A stretch of DNA of 64,000 nucleotides, taken from NCBI GenBank assembly GCA_029551395.1, contig JAKPFN010000014.1, positions 319 to 64,318 of the forward strand, given 5' to 3'. The DNA comes from Armatimonadota bacterium. GTDB taxonomy: Bacteria > Armatimonadota > UBA5829 > DTLH01. Each line of letters begins with the position of its first letter. The stretch's first letter is position 1. The position numbers and the translations under genes are program-made. Below the pieces are notes generated by a model. It ran no database searches, had not been told where the DNA came from, and worked only from the letters and a program-made list of their open reading frames with translations. Positions 46,853-55,228 of the stretch are shown here, piece after piece.

Positions 46853-47860
46853 CTAGCTTCTAACAGCCGGGCTTCTTTCAACGCTTGGCAGCGATGTCTT
46901 GATGCAGTTAATTATATCGTGGTCTACCGCTTCTTTAGCAGCTCTGATTGCACTTGATACGGCCTTCGCATTTGATCGGCCATGCCCAATTATGCATACT
47001 CCATTTACACCAAGAAGCGGCGCTCCTCCATACTGGGTGTAGTCAAACCGTCGTTTGACCTGCATGAGTGCTGGCTTGAGGCAAAGAAGCGAAATCTTTA
47101 GTATTGGGTTCTTGCTCATCTCCCTGAACTGTCCCAGTAGCAGATCTGCAAGCCCCTCTGCTACTTTTAATGCTACATTTCCAACAAAACCATCTGCAAC
47201 AACAACATCTGCTCCTCCCGAAAACAGATCACGTCCTTCTACATTACCTATGAAGTTGATATCCATCTCGCGAAGAACAGGATGTGTTGCCTTGGTCAGT
47301 TCGTTACCCTTGCTTGACTCTTCTCCAATGGAAAGCAATCCCACACGAGGCTGCGGTTTCTTCAAGACTTTTTCTGCATAGATGCTGCCCATTATTGCAA
47401 ACTGCAAAAGGTTATTTACTGAACAATCAGCAGTCGCACCTGCATCCAACAGAATAGTATTGCCTCCCTTGCTGGGTAGTATCGTTGCGATTGCAGGTCT
47501 ATCGATACCCGGAATCCTTCCAAGTTTAAGGGTAGCAACGGCCATCGCAGCCGCAGTATTGCCGACACTAATCATTGCCTGGGCTTCTCGAGATCTGACC
47601 ATCCCAGCAGCGATGACAACAGACGCACCTGGTTTTGTCCGAATGCTGTCCACATGGTCATCCATTCGGATGCAGTCAGGCGTATGATGAACCTCGACTC
47701 GGCCATTCATATCCATCCGCTTGGGCAGATGACTTTTTATGGCCTGCTCATCTCCCACAAGCACTATATCCACGTCGTACAAAGCAGCAGCCCCGACTGC
47801 ACCCTTTACGATTTCGGCCGGGGCATAATCACCGCCCATTGCATCGACGGCAATCCTCAT
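46853..47860 (-). CDS. plsX: Phosphate acyltransferase
   Basis: IAVDAMGGDYAP, GIDRPA, IGEESSKG, DGFVGNVALK, GGAPLLGV..HGRS. Confidence 0.96.
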   Translation of the reverse strand: MRIAVDAMGGDYAPAEIVKGAVGAAALYDVDIVLVGDEQAIKSHLPKRMDMNGRVEVHHTPDCIRMDDHVDSIRTKPGASVVIAAGMVRSREAQAMISVGNTAAAMAVATLKLGRIPGIDRPAIATILPSKGGNTILLDAGATADCSVNNLLQFAIMGSIYAEKVLKKPQPRVGLLSIGEESSKGNELTKATHPVLREMDINFIGNVEGRDLFSGGADVVVADGFVGNVALKVAEGLADLLLGQFREMSKNPILKISLLCLKPALMQVKRRFDYTQYGGAPLLGVNGVCIIGHGRSNAKAVSSAIRAAKEAVDHDIINCIKTSLPSVERSPAVRS

Positions 47861-47894
47861 CTAGGTAGAACCCTCTCCTGAAAATAGAACCTCA

Positions 47895-47953
47895 GGTTAT
47901 GGGTGTTAGGTCATGGGTCACAAGAAAACCCAACACCCAACACCCATTACCCA
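47895..47953. repeat. Inverted heptamer tandem repeats (STRR-like hairpin)
   Basis: GGTTATG GGTGTTA GGTCATG GGTCA ... ACCCAAC ACCCAAC ACCCATT ACCCA. Confidence 0.7.
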
Positions 47954-47963
47954 GTAAAAAACC

Positions 47964-48158
47964 TTATTCTTCGGTCTTTTTCTCTTTCTTCTCGATTACA
48001 AGCCGACCGTTATAGAACCCGCAAGATGGACATGCATGATGCGGCAAACGCGGTGCATGGCAGCGCGGACAATTTACTACATTCGGCGCTTCTAGTTTCC
48101 AATTAGCTCTTCGCTTGGCCTGCCTGGCCCTGGAATGTCTTCTTTTTGGCAGTGGCAT
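47964..48158 (-). CDS. rpmF: 50S ribosomal protein L32 (Zn-ribbon type)
   Basis: MPLPKRRHS..R..KRR, CPRC...HHACPSCGFY. Confidence 0.96.
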   Translation of the reverse strand: MPLPKRRHSRARQAKRRANWKLEAPNVVNCPRCHAPRLPHHACPSCGFYNGRLVIEKKEKKTEE

Positions 48159-48317
48159 TATTTTAACTCCTATATACCGATAGTCGAATCACACTTATGG
48201 GTCGTAATAATTTAGAAGACCCTGCATAATATAACAAAAGTGATGGGTAATGAGCAACCACCCTCTGCCTAGACCGTATCCGGCGAGGCATAGGCGATGG
48301 TGGTTTCTCACCACACA

Positions 48318-48854
48318 TCACTCTTTTTCTTCAGTATCTTCCTCTTCAAGCATACTTGCAAGTGCTGCAAAAGGAGATGCCTCCACATCAACCGGACAGT
48401 TGCATAGTCCCTGGTTCAGATTAGTACCGCACGTAGGACATAGCCCTTTACAGGTATCACTGCACAGCGGTTGTATCGGAACCTCCACAAGAACTACTTG
48501 CCTTATATACTCTGAAAGGTCGAATACATTATCCCGAAAAAGAGGCTCTTCCTCTTCTTCATCCACATCTTCCTGCTCAACAAACGCTGTCTGGAACACT
48601 GGAATAGGCAACTGCTCATCGATTTTTACGTTGACAGGAATCGTCAGCTTCTCCAAACACCTGCTGCATTCCAGTTCTATCTCCGTTTCAAGTTTGCCCC
48701 GAGCAACGATAAGGTTGCCTGTATTTGTGAAGTTAATGCTGCCCACAATTGGCTTGGTGCAGCGCAGATCCTCACTCTCAGCGCACTCTTCCCGGATTTC
48801 GTAATTATAACTCTTGCCTACATTACTGGCAATTTCCCTTAGATCCAGTTTCAT
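48318..48854 (-). CDS. yceD: DUF177/YceD family protein
   Basis: ECSRCL, P.QPLCSDTCKGLCPTCGTNLN..C.C. Located upstream of rpmF. Confidence 0.92.
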   Translation of the reverse strand: MKLDLREIASNVGKSYNYEIREECAESEDLRCTKPIVGSINFTNTGNLIVARGKLETEIELECSRCLEKLTIPVNVKIDEQLPIPVFQTAFVEQEDVDEEEEEPLFRDNVFDLSEYIRQVVLVEVPIQPLCSDTCKGLCPTCGTNLNQGLCNCPVDVEASPFAALASMLEEEDTEEKE

Positions 48855-48864
48855 TGTAATAGAC

Positions 48865-50094
48865 TCATACAGATGCAGCAGCCTTGCTTGTTACCACTTC
48901 TACAGTATCCCGAGCAATCATGCGCTCTTCGTTTGTTGGGATAACCAGTATCCGCGCTGAAGAATCGGCAGCGCTGATGTCAGCTTCCTCGCCTCGCTTC
49001 GCTGTATCGTTCTTCCGGGTATCAAGCTTAACTCCCATAAATTCCAATCCACGGGTAGACTTTTCTCGAATGATTGGACCATTTTCGCCGATACCGCCGG
49101 TAAAGACAATTGCATCGAGCCCGCCCATTGCAGCAGCATACGCGCCGATATATTTCTTTACGCGATAGCAGAACATCTCAAGTGCCAGAGCAGCTCTTTC
49201 ATTACCTGATTCCGTAAGCTCCTCTATATCTCGCATATCGCTTGACTTACCCGAAATACCAAGCAGACCGCTCTTCTTGTTTATCAGGTTATCTGCCTGC
49301 TCTGGAGTCATCCCAAGCGCCTTTTGGACATAGACCATTATAGCCGGATCCATATCACCAGCTCTTGTGCCCATCATAAGCCCTTCTGCCGGAGTCATAC
49401 CCATACTGGTATCTATTACTTTCCCTCCGACGATAGCTGTCATGCTGCATCCATTGCCCAGATGGCAAGTAACGAGCTTCAAAGACTCGGGTTTAACGCC
49501 ATTTTCAGCCATGATCTTGCTTGCTCTTCCGCTGACATAACGGTGAGAAGTGCCATGGAACCCATATCGGCGGACACCGTGCTCAGTATACAACTCATAA
49601 GGTAGAGCATACATATAAGCATGCTGCGGAATAGTCGCATGGAACGCTGTATCGAACACCGCAACCTGCGGTACACCAGGCATAAGCTTCATGCAAGCAT
49701 GGATGCCCATCAGATTGGGCGGATTGTGCAGCGGAGCAAGATGGCTGACCTTATCTATCTCGGCAAGCGTCTCATCCGTGATGAGTGTCGATTCCGAAAA
49801 CCTTTCTCCGCCATGAACTACCCTGTGGCCAACCGCACTGATCTCTGAAACATCCGAAATAGCTCCGCCTTCAGGGTCTGTCAGGACCTTGAAGACCAGA
49901 TCCATTGCTGCATAGTAATCCGGTATCGGAGACTCGATTACTTTCTTGCCTTTACCCGATGTCTCATACTTCAGTGCTCCCATTTCCAGCCCGATTCGCT
50001 CTGCAAGTCCTTTGGCGAGCACTTCCTCTGTTTCTGACTCGATCAACTGATACTTTAGGGATGAACTCCCGCTATTCAGGACGAGAATCTTCAT
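48865..50094 (-). CDS. ackA: Acetate kinase
   Basis: LVLNSGSSSLKYQL, GHRVVHGG, APLHNP, FDTAFH, YGFHGTSH, FTGGIGEN, IPTNEE. Confidence 0.98.
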   Translation of the reverse strand: MKILVLNSGSSSLKYQLIESETEEVLAKGLAERIGLEMGALKYETSGKGKKVIESPIPDYYAAMDLVFKVLTDPEGGAISDVSEISAVGHRVVHGGERFSESTLITDETLAEIDKVSHLAPLHNPPNLMGIHACMKLMPGVPQVAVFDTAFHATIPQHAYMYALPYELYTEHGVRRYGFHGTSHRYVSGRASKIMAENGVKPESLKLVTCHLGNGCSMTAIVGGKVIDTSMGMTPAEGLMMGTRAGDMDPAIMVYVQKALGMTPEQADNLINKKSGLLGISGKSSDMRDIEELTESGNERAALALEMFCYRVKKYIGAYAAAMGGLDAIVFTGGIGENGPIIREKSTRGLEFMGVKLDTRKNDTAKRGEEADISAADSSARILVIPTNEERMIARDTVEVVTSKAAASV

Positions 50095-50108
50095 TGAATT
50101 CTCCTAGA

Positions 50109-51110
50109 TTATTCTTCTATCGCTTGAACTGCCGTTATGGCAGTAACATTCACTATATCGCTTGCGTTGCAGCCTCTGGACAGATCGTTGACAGGCTTTC
50201 GCAGTCCTTGAAGCACCGGGCCGTAAGCTTCTGCCTTCGCAAGCCGTTCCGTAAGCTTGTAAGCTATATTGCCTGCGTTCAAATCAGGGAATATAAGCAC
50301 GTTGGCTTTACCAGCAACTTCACTTCCCGGAGCTTTCCGCTCTCCAATCCAAGGCACCAAAGCTGCATCTCCCTGAAGTTCTCCATCTATGAGAAGATGC
50401 GGCGCCCGCTCTTTAGCGATTCTGGTTGCTTCAACCACCTTATCTATGAGCGGATCAGATGCGCTTCCCTTGGTCGAGAATGAAAGCATTGCCACTCTCG
50501 GTTCAACATCGAATAGCTGCCGCATTGTTTTCGCGCTCGTAATGGCAATTTCAGCCAGTTCATTTGAGTTCGGATTGATTACAAGGCCTGAATCGCTGTA
50601 GATGAACAGTCCTTTCTCCCCGTACTCGCAGTCTGGAACGATCATTACAAAGAAACTCGATACAATAGACGTACCTGGAGCGCATTTAAGCACCTGGAGT
50701 GCCGGACGAACCGTATCAGCCGTCGAATGGATGGCTCCTGATACCTGCCCGTCTGCTTCTCCGGTGTAGACCATCATAACACCAAAGTAAAGCGGATCTT
50801 TAACTGTTTCCAGTGCTTTTTCTTCGGTTATTCCTTTGGATTTTCTAAGCTCATAAAACAGTTTGGCATACTCTTCGAGTTTCGGAGATGTCTCAGGATC
50901 TATCACTGTGACCTTGGACAAGTCCGCGCCACTCTCTCTGACAGCCTTCTCTATATCGCTTTTTTTGTCAACAACTATGATCTTTCCCAGGTTCTGAGCT
51001 GCTGCATCTGCTGCCGCCTGCACAACCCGGGGGTCACGACCTTCCGGAAGCACGATTGTTTTCTGGGCCGCCCGTGCTTTAGCATAAATGCCCTCCATAA
51101 CGTTCATCAT
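50109..51110 (-). CDS. pta: Phosphate acetyltransferase
   Basis: IVLPEG.D.R, MLSFSTKGS, DGELQ.DAAL, FPDLNAGNIAYK, PVNDLSRG. Confidence 0.97.
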   Translation of the reverse strand: MMNVMEGIYAKARAAQKTIVLPEGRDPRVVQAAADAAAQNLGKIIVVDKKSDIEKAVRESGADLSKVTVIDPETSPKLEEYAKLFYELRKSKGITEEKALETVKDPLYFGVMMVYTGEADGQVSGAIHSTADTVRPALQVLKCAPGTSIVSSFFVMIVPDCEYGEKGLFIYSDSGLVINPNSNELAEIAITSAKTMRQLFDVEPRVAMLSFSTKGSASDPLIDKVVEATRIAKERAPHLLIDGELQGDAALVPWIGERKAPGSEVAGKANVLIFPDLNAGNIAYKLTERLAKAEAYGPVLQGLRKPVNDLSRGCNASDIVNVTAITAVQAIEE

Positions 51111-51555
51111 CGTCGAGATTAACTCCCACGCTTAGATTTTAGATTTTACCTAATCAGCAATTACTGCATCAAATAAAAAGGCAATTTCAGCCATTCCAAG
51201 ACCCGTTTACTTCCTCAACTGCTTCAATGGCAGACAAAAACCGGTCTCAGTTAAAATACCATTTATTCCCCAATACTTCTCGCTGACAGACGTGGCAAAA
51301 CACGGCAAACACTCTATATCAGCATCAAAGGCTGATGCTGTAGGGAAAGGCCTGCCGTTAACTGTATAGCCATAGAGTTTTACCAATAGATGTCAACAAA
51401 CATCCAGAGCTTCTATAGCGCGCTTGCGCGCTACTTCTAACTGGCAAAACTCTTCCGAGAGTCTCAGGCGCAAATCAACATCTGAAACTCAATAAGAGAT
51501 TCATCTGGTTAATTACAGGTTAAAAATCCAAAATCCGGAACGCCAGGAGATGCGA

Positions 51556-52149
51556 TTAACGTCGTCCCATCTCACGAACAGGCGGCAACACAGGCTCTTC
51601 TTCCGGTTTGGTATACTCTATCCGCTGTTCCAGCTTCTCTCTGCCACGCTGAATAGTCCCCATCAGCTTGGCTGTGAAGTTCTCCAGATTAGCCAATACT
51701 TCTCTTGCATATTCATCAGCGCCTCGTCTGATCTCACGAGCTGATGCTTCAGCGCTCGCAACGATCTCGCGTGCCTGTGCAGTAGCCATTCTATTGATTT
51801 CACTGGTCTCCACAAGCTGACTGGCCTGTACTTTTGCCTCTTCTACAATGCTGGCTGCTTCCTGTCTGGCGTTTTCGACAAAAATTCTAGCTTCTTCCTT
51901 TGCAGCGCTAACAATCTTGTCAGTATCGCTTGCCAGCCTGGTAGCAGTCCTGACTTCATCCGGCAGCGAAGCCCGGATTTTATTTATGAGCATGGTGACT
52001 TCTTCTATCTGCACTCCCCATGCTCGACCCATAAACTCTCTTACATCTACTGCATCCTCGATTTTGTCGAGTAGCTTAAGTATGTCTACTTCAGGTCCGC
52101 GGTTATTAAGAAATGGATACCTAGGTATAGGTGTCTGCTCTTGGCTCAT
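51556..52149 (-). CDS. Conserved coiled-coil protein usually found after coaD (ATP synthase b/DivIVA-like annotation)
   Basis: IRASLPDEV..A..., IRRGADEYAREVL.NLE...TIQRGRE.L, and synteny with coaD. Confidence 0.7.
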   Translation of the reverse strand: MSQEQTPIPRYPFLNNRGPEVDILKLLDKIEDAVDVREFMGRAWGVQIEEVTMLINKIRASLPDEVRTATRLASDTDKIVSAAKEEARIFVENARQEAASIVEEAKVQASQLVETSEINRMATAQAREIVASAEASAREIRRGADEYAREVLANLENFTAKLMGTIQRGREKLEQRIEYTKPEEEPVLPPVREMGRR

Positions 52150-52158
52150 TTAAATGTA

Positions 52159-52647
52159 TTAACCTCCTGCAGCTTGCGAAAACTTTTCCCTCAGGCGATA
52201 CTCTACGGTCTTCGGCACTAAACCGTTGACCGATCCCCCCAAAGCAGCAATCTCCCTAACGATGCTGGAACTCAAGTAAGAGTATTCTGCTCCAGTCATC
52301 ATAAATACCGTCTCAACCCCAGGATTGAGATTCCGGTTCATTAGTGCCATCTGAAATTCGAACTCGAAATCAGATACGGCTCGCAGTCCTTTTACAATCA
52401 CATTTGCTCCAAGGCTCTGGACATAATCGACCAGCAGTCCTTCGAAGGCATCGACACGTACATTCGGCAGGTGGCTTGTCGCCTCGCGAAGCATCTGGAC
52501 CCGCTCCTCTACTGTAAATAATGTCCGCTTCGAAAGGTTTGGCGCCACTGCGACAATTACCTCTCCGAAAACCCTCGCAGCACGCTCGATTACATCGATG
52601 TGTCCGCTGGTCACCGGATCGAAACTACCAGGAACAACAGCTTTCAT
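52159..52647 (-). CDS. coaD: Phosphopantetheine adenylyltransferase
   Basis: PGSFDPVTSGH, KGLRAVSDFEFEFQMA, LSSSIVRE. Confidence 0.97.
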   Translation of the reverse strand: MKAVVPGSFDPVTSGHIDVIERAARVFGEVIVAVAPNLSKRTLFTVEERVQMLREATSHLPNVRVDAFEGLLVDYVQSLGANVIVKGLRAVSDFEFEFQMALMNRNLNPGVETVFMMTGAEYSYLSSSIVREIAALGGSVNGLVPKTVEYRLREKFSQAAGG

Positions 52648-52737
52648 TGTTCTTAGCAACAACAGGCAAGAAGTAACTGCTTAAAGTAATACGTCTCATC
52701 ACACATTACTTGTCACTTCTCCCTGCACACTCCCTTC

Positions 52738-54873
52738 TCAGCTTACTGCTGCAAGCTGGAAGTCTTTATATTTCTTGAGCATATCCTTCTTAAGCGCCCG
52801 AAGTGACGGATCTGTTAGCTTCGGGTCACGTTTAATTATCTCAAAAGCTTCTTTTCTTGCCAATTCCAAAATTGGAATATCTCTGAAAATGTCCGTGACA
52901 TTCAGTGCAGGCATTCCACTCTGTCTGGTTCCGTAGAACTCTCCTGGTCCTCGGATTTTCAAATCTTCTTCGGCTATGGTAAACCCATCGTTTGTTTGGG
53001 TCATCACTCGAAGTCTGGCTGCGGAGTCATCGCTGTTCGCATCCGCAACAAGCACGCAATAAGATTGATACTCCCCACGGCCTACGCGGCCTCTCAACTG
53101 GTGCATCTGGGCAAGCCCGAATCTGTGCGCGTCTTCTATTACCATTACGGAAGCATTCGGCACATCTACGCCCACTTCTATCACCGTGGTCGACACCAAT
53201 ATGTCCGTTTCACCAGCCCGGAAGGATTTCATCACCATTTCCTTCTCCCAGGTCTTCATCTGGCCATGAAGAAGGCTGACACGAAGGTCAGGAAAGACCT
53301 CCGATGCCAGGTGTTCATAAATCTCCGTCGCCGCTTTGACCTGCAGCTTTTCGGACTCTTCGATAAGCGGACATACTACATAAGCCTGCCTGCCTTCTGC
53401 TATGAGCTTGCGCACACCTTGATAAACTCTGTCCCGTTCGTCTGCTGTCTTCCAGTGTGTCTTGATAGGCTTGCGCCCCGGAGGCAGTTCATCGATGATA
53501 GAAATCTCCAAATCTCCGTAGACGGTAAGCGTCAGCGTCCTTGGAATAGGGGTTGCTGTCATCACCAAAACATCCGGGTTCAGCCCTTTTCCCTTCAGTG
53601 CAGCCCGCTGCAGCACACCAAAACGATGCTGCTCGTCAACTATCACCAGGCCGAGCTTTGCAAACTCCACGCTTTCCTGTATCAACGCGTGAGTTCCTAT
53701 CACAAGACTGGTCTCGCCTGAGGCAATTCGCTTCAGAGCGGCACGCTTCTCCCGTGCAGTCATGCTTCCAATCAACAAATCCACCTTGATATCAATGCTT
53801 GAAAGCATCTCCGACAGCCCCAGATAATGCTGCTCTGCAAGAATTTCCGTCGGAGCCATCAACGCAGACTGATAGCCATTCCCAGCAGCAATAAGTATTG
53901 CCGCCAGTGCAACAACCGTCTTGCCGGATCCGACATCACCCTGCAGCAGCCGGTTCATGCAGTCTGGACGCGCCATGTCTGATGCTATCTCATTGATAAC
54001 CCTCTGCTGTGCGCCGGTCAACTCGAACGGCAGGACAGAACGCAGCGTCTCTTTCCAATTGTCAGGGATCACGAACGATATCCCATGCCCAGGAGTATCG
54101 ATCTCTCGTTTTCTGAGCGCAAGAGCAAGCTGCAGCAAGTAGAGTTCTTCGAAAACATGCCGCCTTCTAGCAGCTTCGAGCGCTTCCATACTCTCGGGAA
54201 AGTGCATATTCCTGAGAGCTTCCTTAATATCCATAAGGTCCAGCCGGTCACGCAAATCTTCCGGCAGGACTTCCGGCACCAAATCTATGTAACCATCCAG
54301 GGCATTGGTAACAATCTTCCGCATCGTGCCCTGGAAAAGCCCCTCTGTGAGCGGGTAAACGGGAACAACCCTTTTTGCAGACAGCGGGTCAGTATCCTCT
54401 TTAAACTCCTCCCACTCCGGGGATTGAATCTCGATTCCCCACCGTCCAACCTGCGCTGTCCCGTAGGCAATAATCTCTCGGCCCCTCATCTTGAAGAACC
54501 GGTCTTTGAGATAATGCTGGTTGAACCAGGAAAGCGTGGCAACTCCAGAACCGTCATCTATGGCAACCTTGGTTATCACTAGCCCGGTCCGCGGCCGAAC
54601 ATTATCTACTGCCACAATCGTACCGGCTACAGTAACCTCTTCGCCGCCGCGCAAGTTGCCAATACGCGCCAGACGCGACCTGTCTTCATGCCTGCGAGGG
54701 AAGTGATAGAGCAAATCGCGTACGTCAAAAATACCCAGCTTTCCGAGCACGCGGGACATACGCTCGCCGACGCCCTTCACATACTGCACTGGCGAATCGA
54801 GTGTCTTATACGTGGACACGGAGCTGGGTCCCTTTTTGTGCGTTGCAAGGCCGTGGGCCGGTTTTGTTGCCAT
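52738..54873 (-). CDS. recG: ATP-dependent DNA helicase RecG
   Basis: QGDVGSGKT, MAPTEILAEQH, DEQHRFG, TATPIPRTL, HQLRGRVGRG, DL.IRGPGE..G.RQSG. Confidence 0.97.
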   Translation of the reverse strand: MATKPAHGLATHKKGPSSVSTYKTLDSPVQYVKGVGERMSRVLGKLGIFDVRDLLYHFPRRHEDRSRLARIGNLRGGEEVTVAGTIVAVDNVRPRTGLVITKVAIDDGSGVATLSWFNQHYLKDRFFKMRGREIIAYGTAQVGRWGIEIQSPEWEEFKEDTDPLSAKRVVPVYPLTEGLFQGTMRKIVTNALDGYIDLVPEVLPEDLRDRLDLMDIKEALRNMHFPESMEALEAARRRHVFEELYLLQLALALRKREIDTPGHGISFVIPDNWKETLRSVLPFELTGAQQRVINEIASDMARPDCMNRLLQGDVGSGKTVVALAAILIAAGNGYQSALMAPTEILAEQHYLGLSEMLSSIDIKVDLLIGSMTAREKRAALKRIASGETSLVIGTHALIQESVEFAKLGLVIVDEQHRFGVLQRAALKGKGLNPDVLVMTATPIPRTLTLTVYGDLEISIIDELPPGRKPIKTHWKTADERDRVYQGVRKLIAEGRQAYVVCPLIEESEKLQVKAATEIYEHLASEVFPDLRVSLLHGQMKTWEKEMVMKSFRAGETDILVSTTVIEVGVDVPNASVMVIEDAHRFGLAQMHQLRGRVGRGEYQSYCVLVADANSDDSAARLRVMTQTNDGFTIAEEDLKIRGPGEFYGTRQSGMPALNVTDIFRDIPILELARKEAFEIIKRDPKLTDPSLRALKKDMLKKYKDFQLAAVS

Positions 54874-55110
54874 TCGGAGCTCCCGCTCGTCCTTCAGATT
54901 GTACTTGCCGACGGGCCGCTTTGTCAAGCAGGACCGAAGTGTGATTAATTATGGTTATCTATAGTATATCAGAATGACGACCCTATGTCGATTCGTTGAG
55001 GAACCTCAAGTAAGTTCGGAATTGCCCAATAAACACTTCCTGTGCTAGATGTTTCAGACTCACATACTTAAACACAGTATTCAAAAGCAAATTCGGTTTT
55101 TCCTTTCCAA

Positions 55111-55136
55111 GTTTATCCGCCATACCCTGCGGGTAA
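55111..55136 (+). promoter_or_regulatory. Candidate SigB-type promoter GTTTAT-N14-GGGTAA
   Basis: Near-consensus match upstream of the GH36 gene. Confidence 0.55.
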
Positions 55137-55228
55137 CAGTTATCCTTAGACATTTGCGGGCAAATAGTTGCGCTTGTTGTATACTTTGAGGTAATCTACC
55201 ATCGTACTGCTTGGGTAAAGGGTGGAAA

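Noticed and set aside
51441..51520. c-di-GMP-I riboswitch look-alike (GGCAAA...GGCGCAAA) on the plus strand
   Set aside because: There is no properly closed GNRA stem or receptor, and no downstream plus-strand gene.
52648..52737. rsmD missing between recG and coaD
   Set aside because: The gap is short with no pseudogene trace. This is ordinary gene-order variation.
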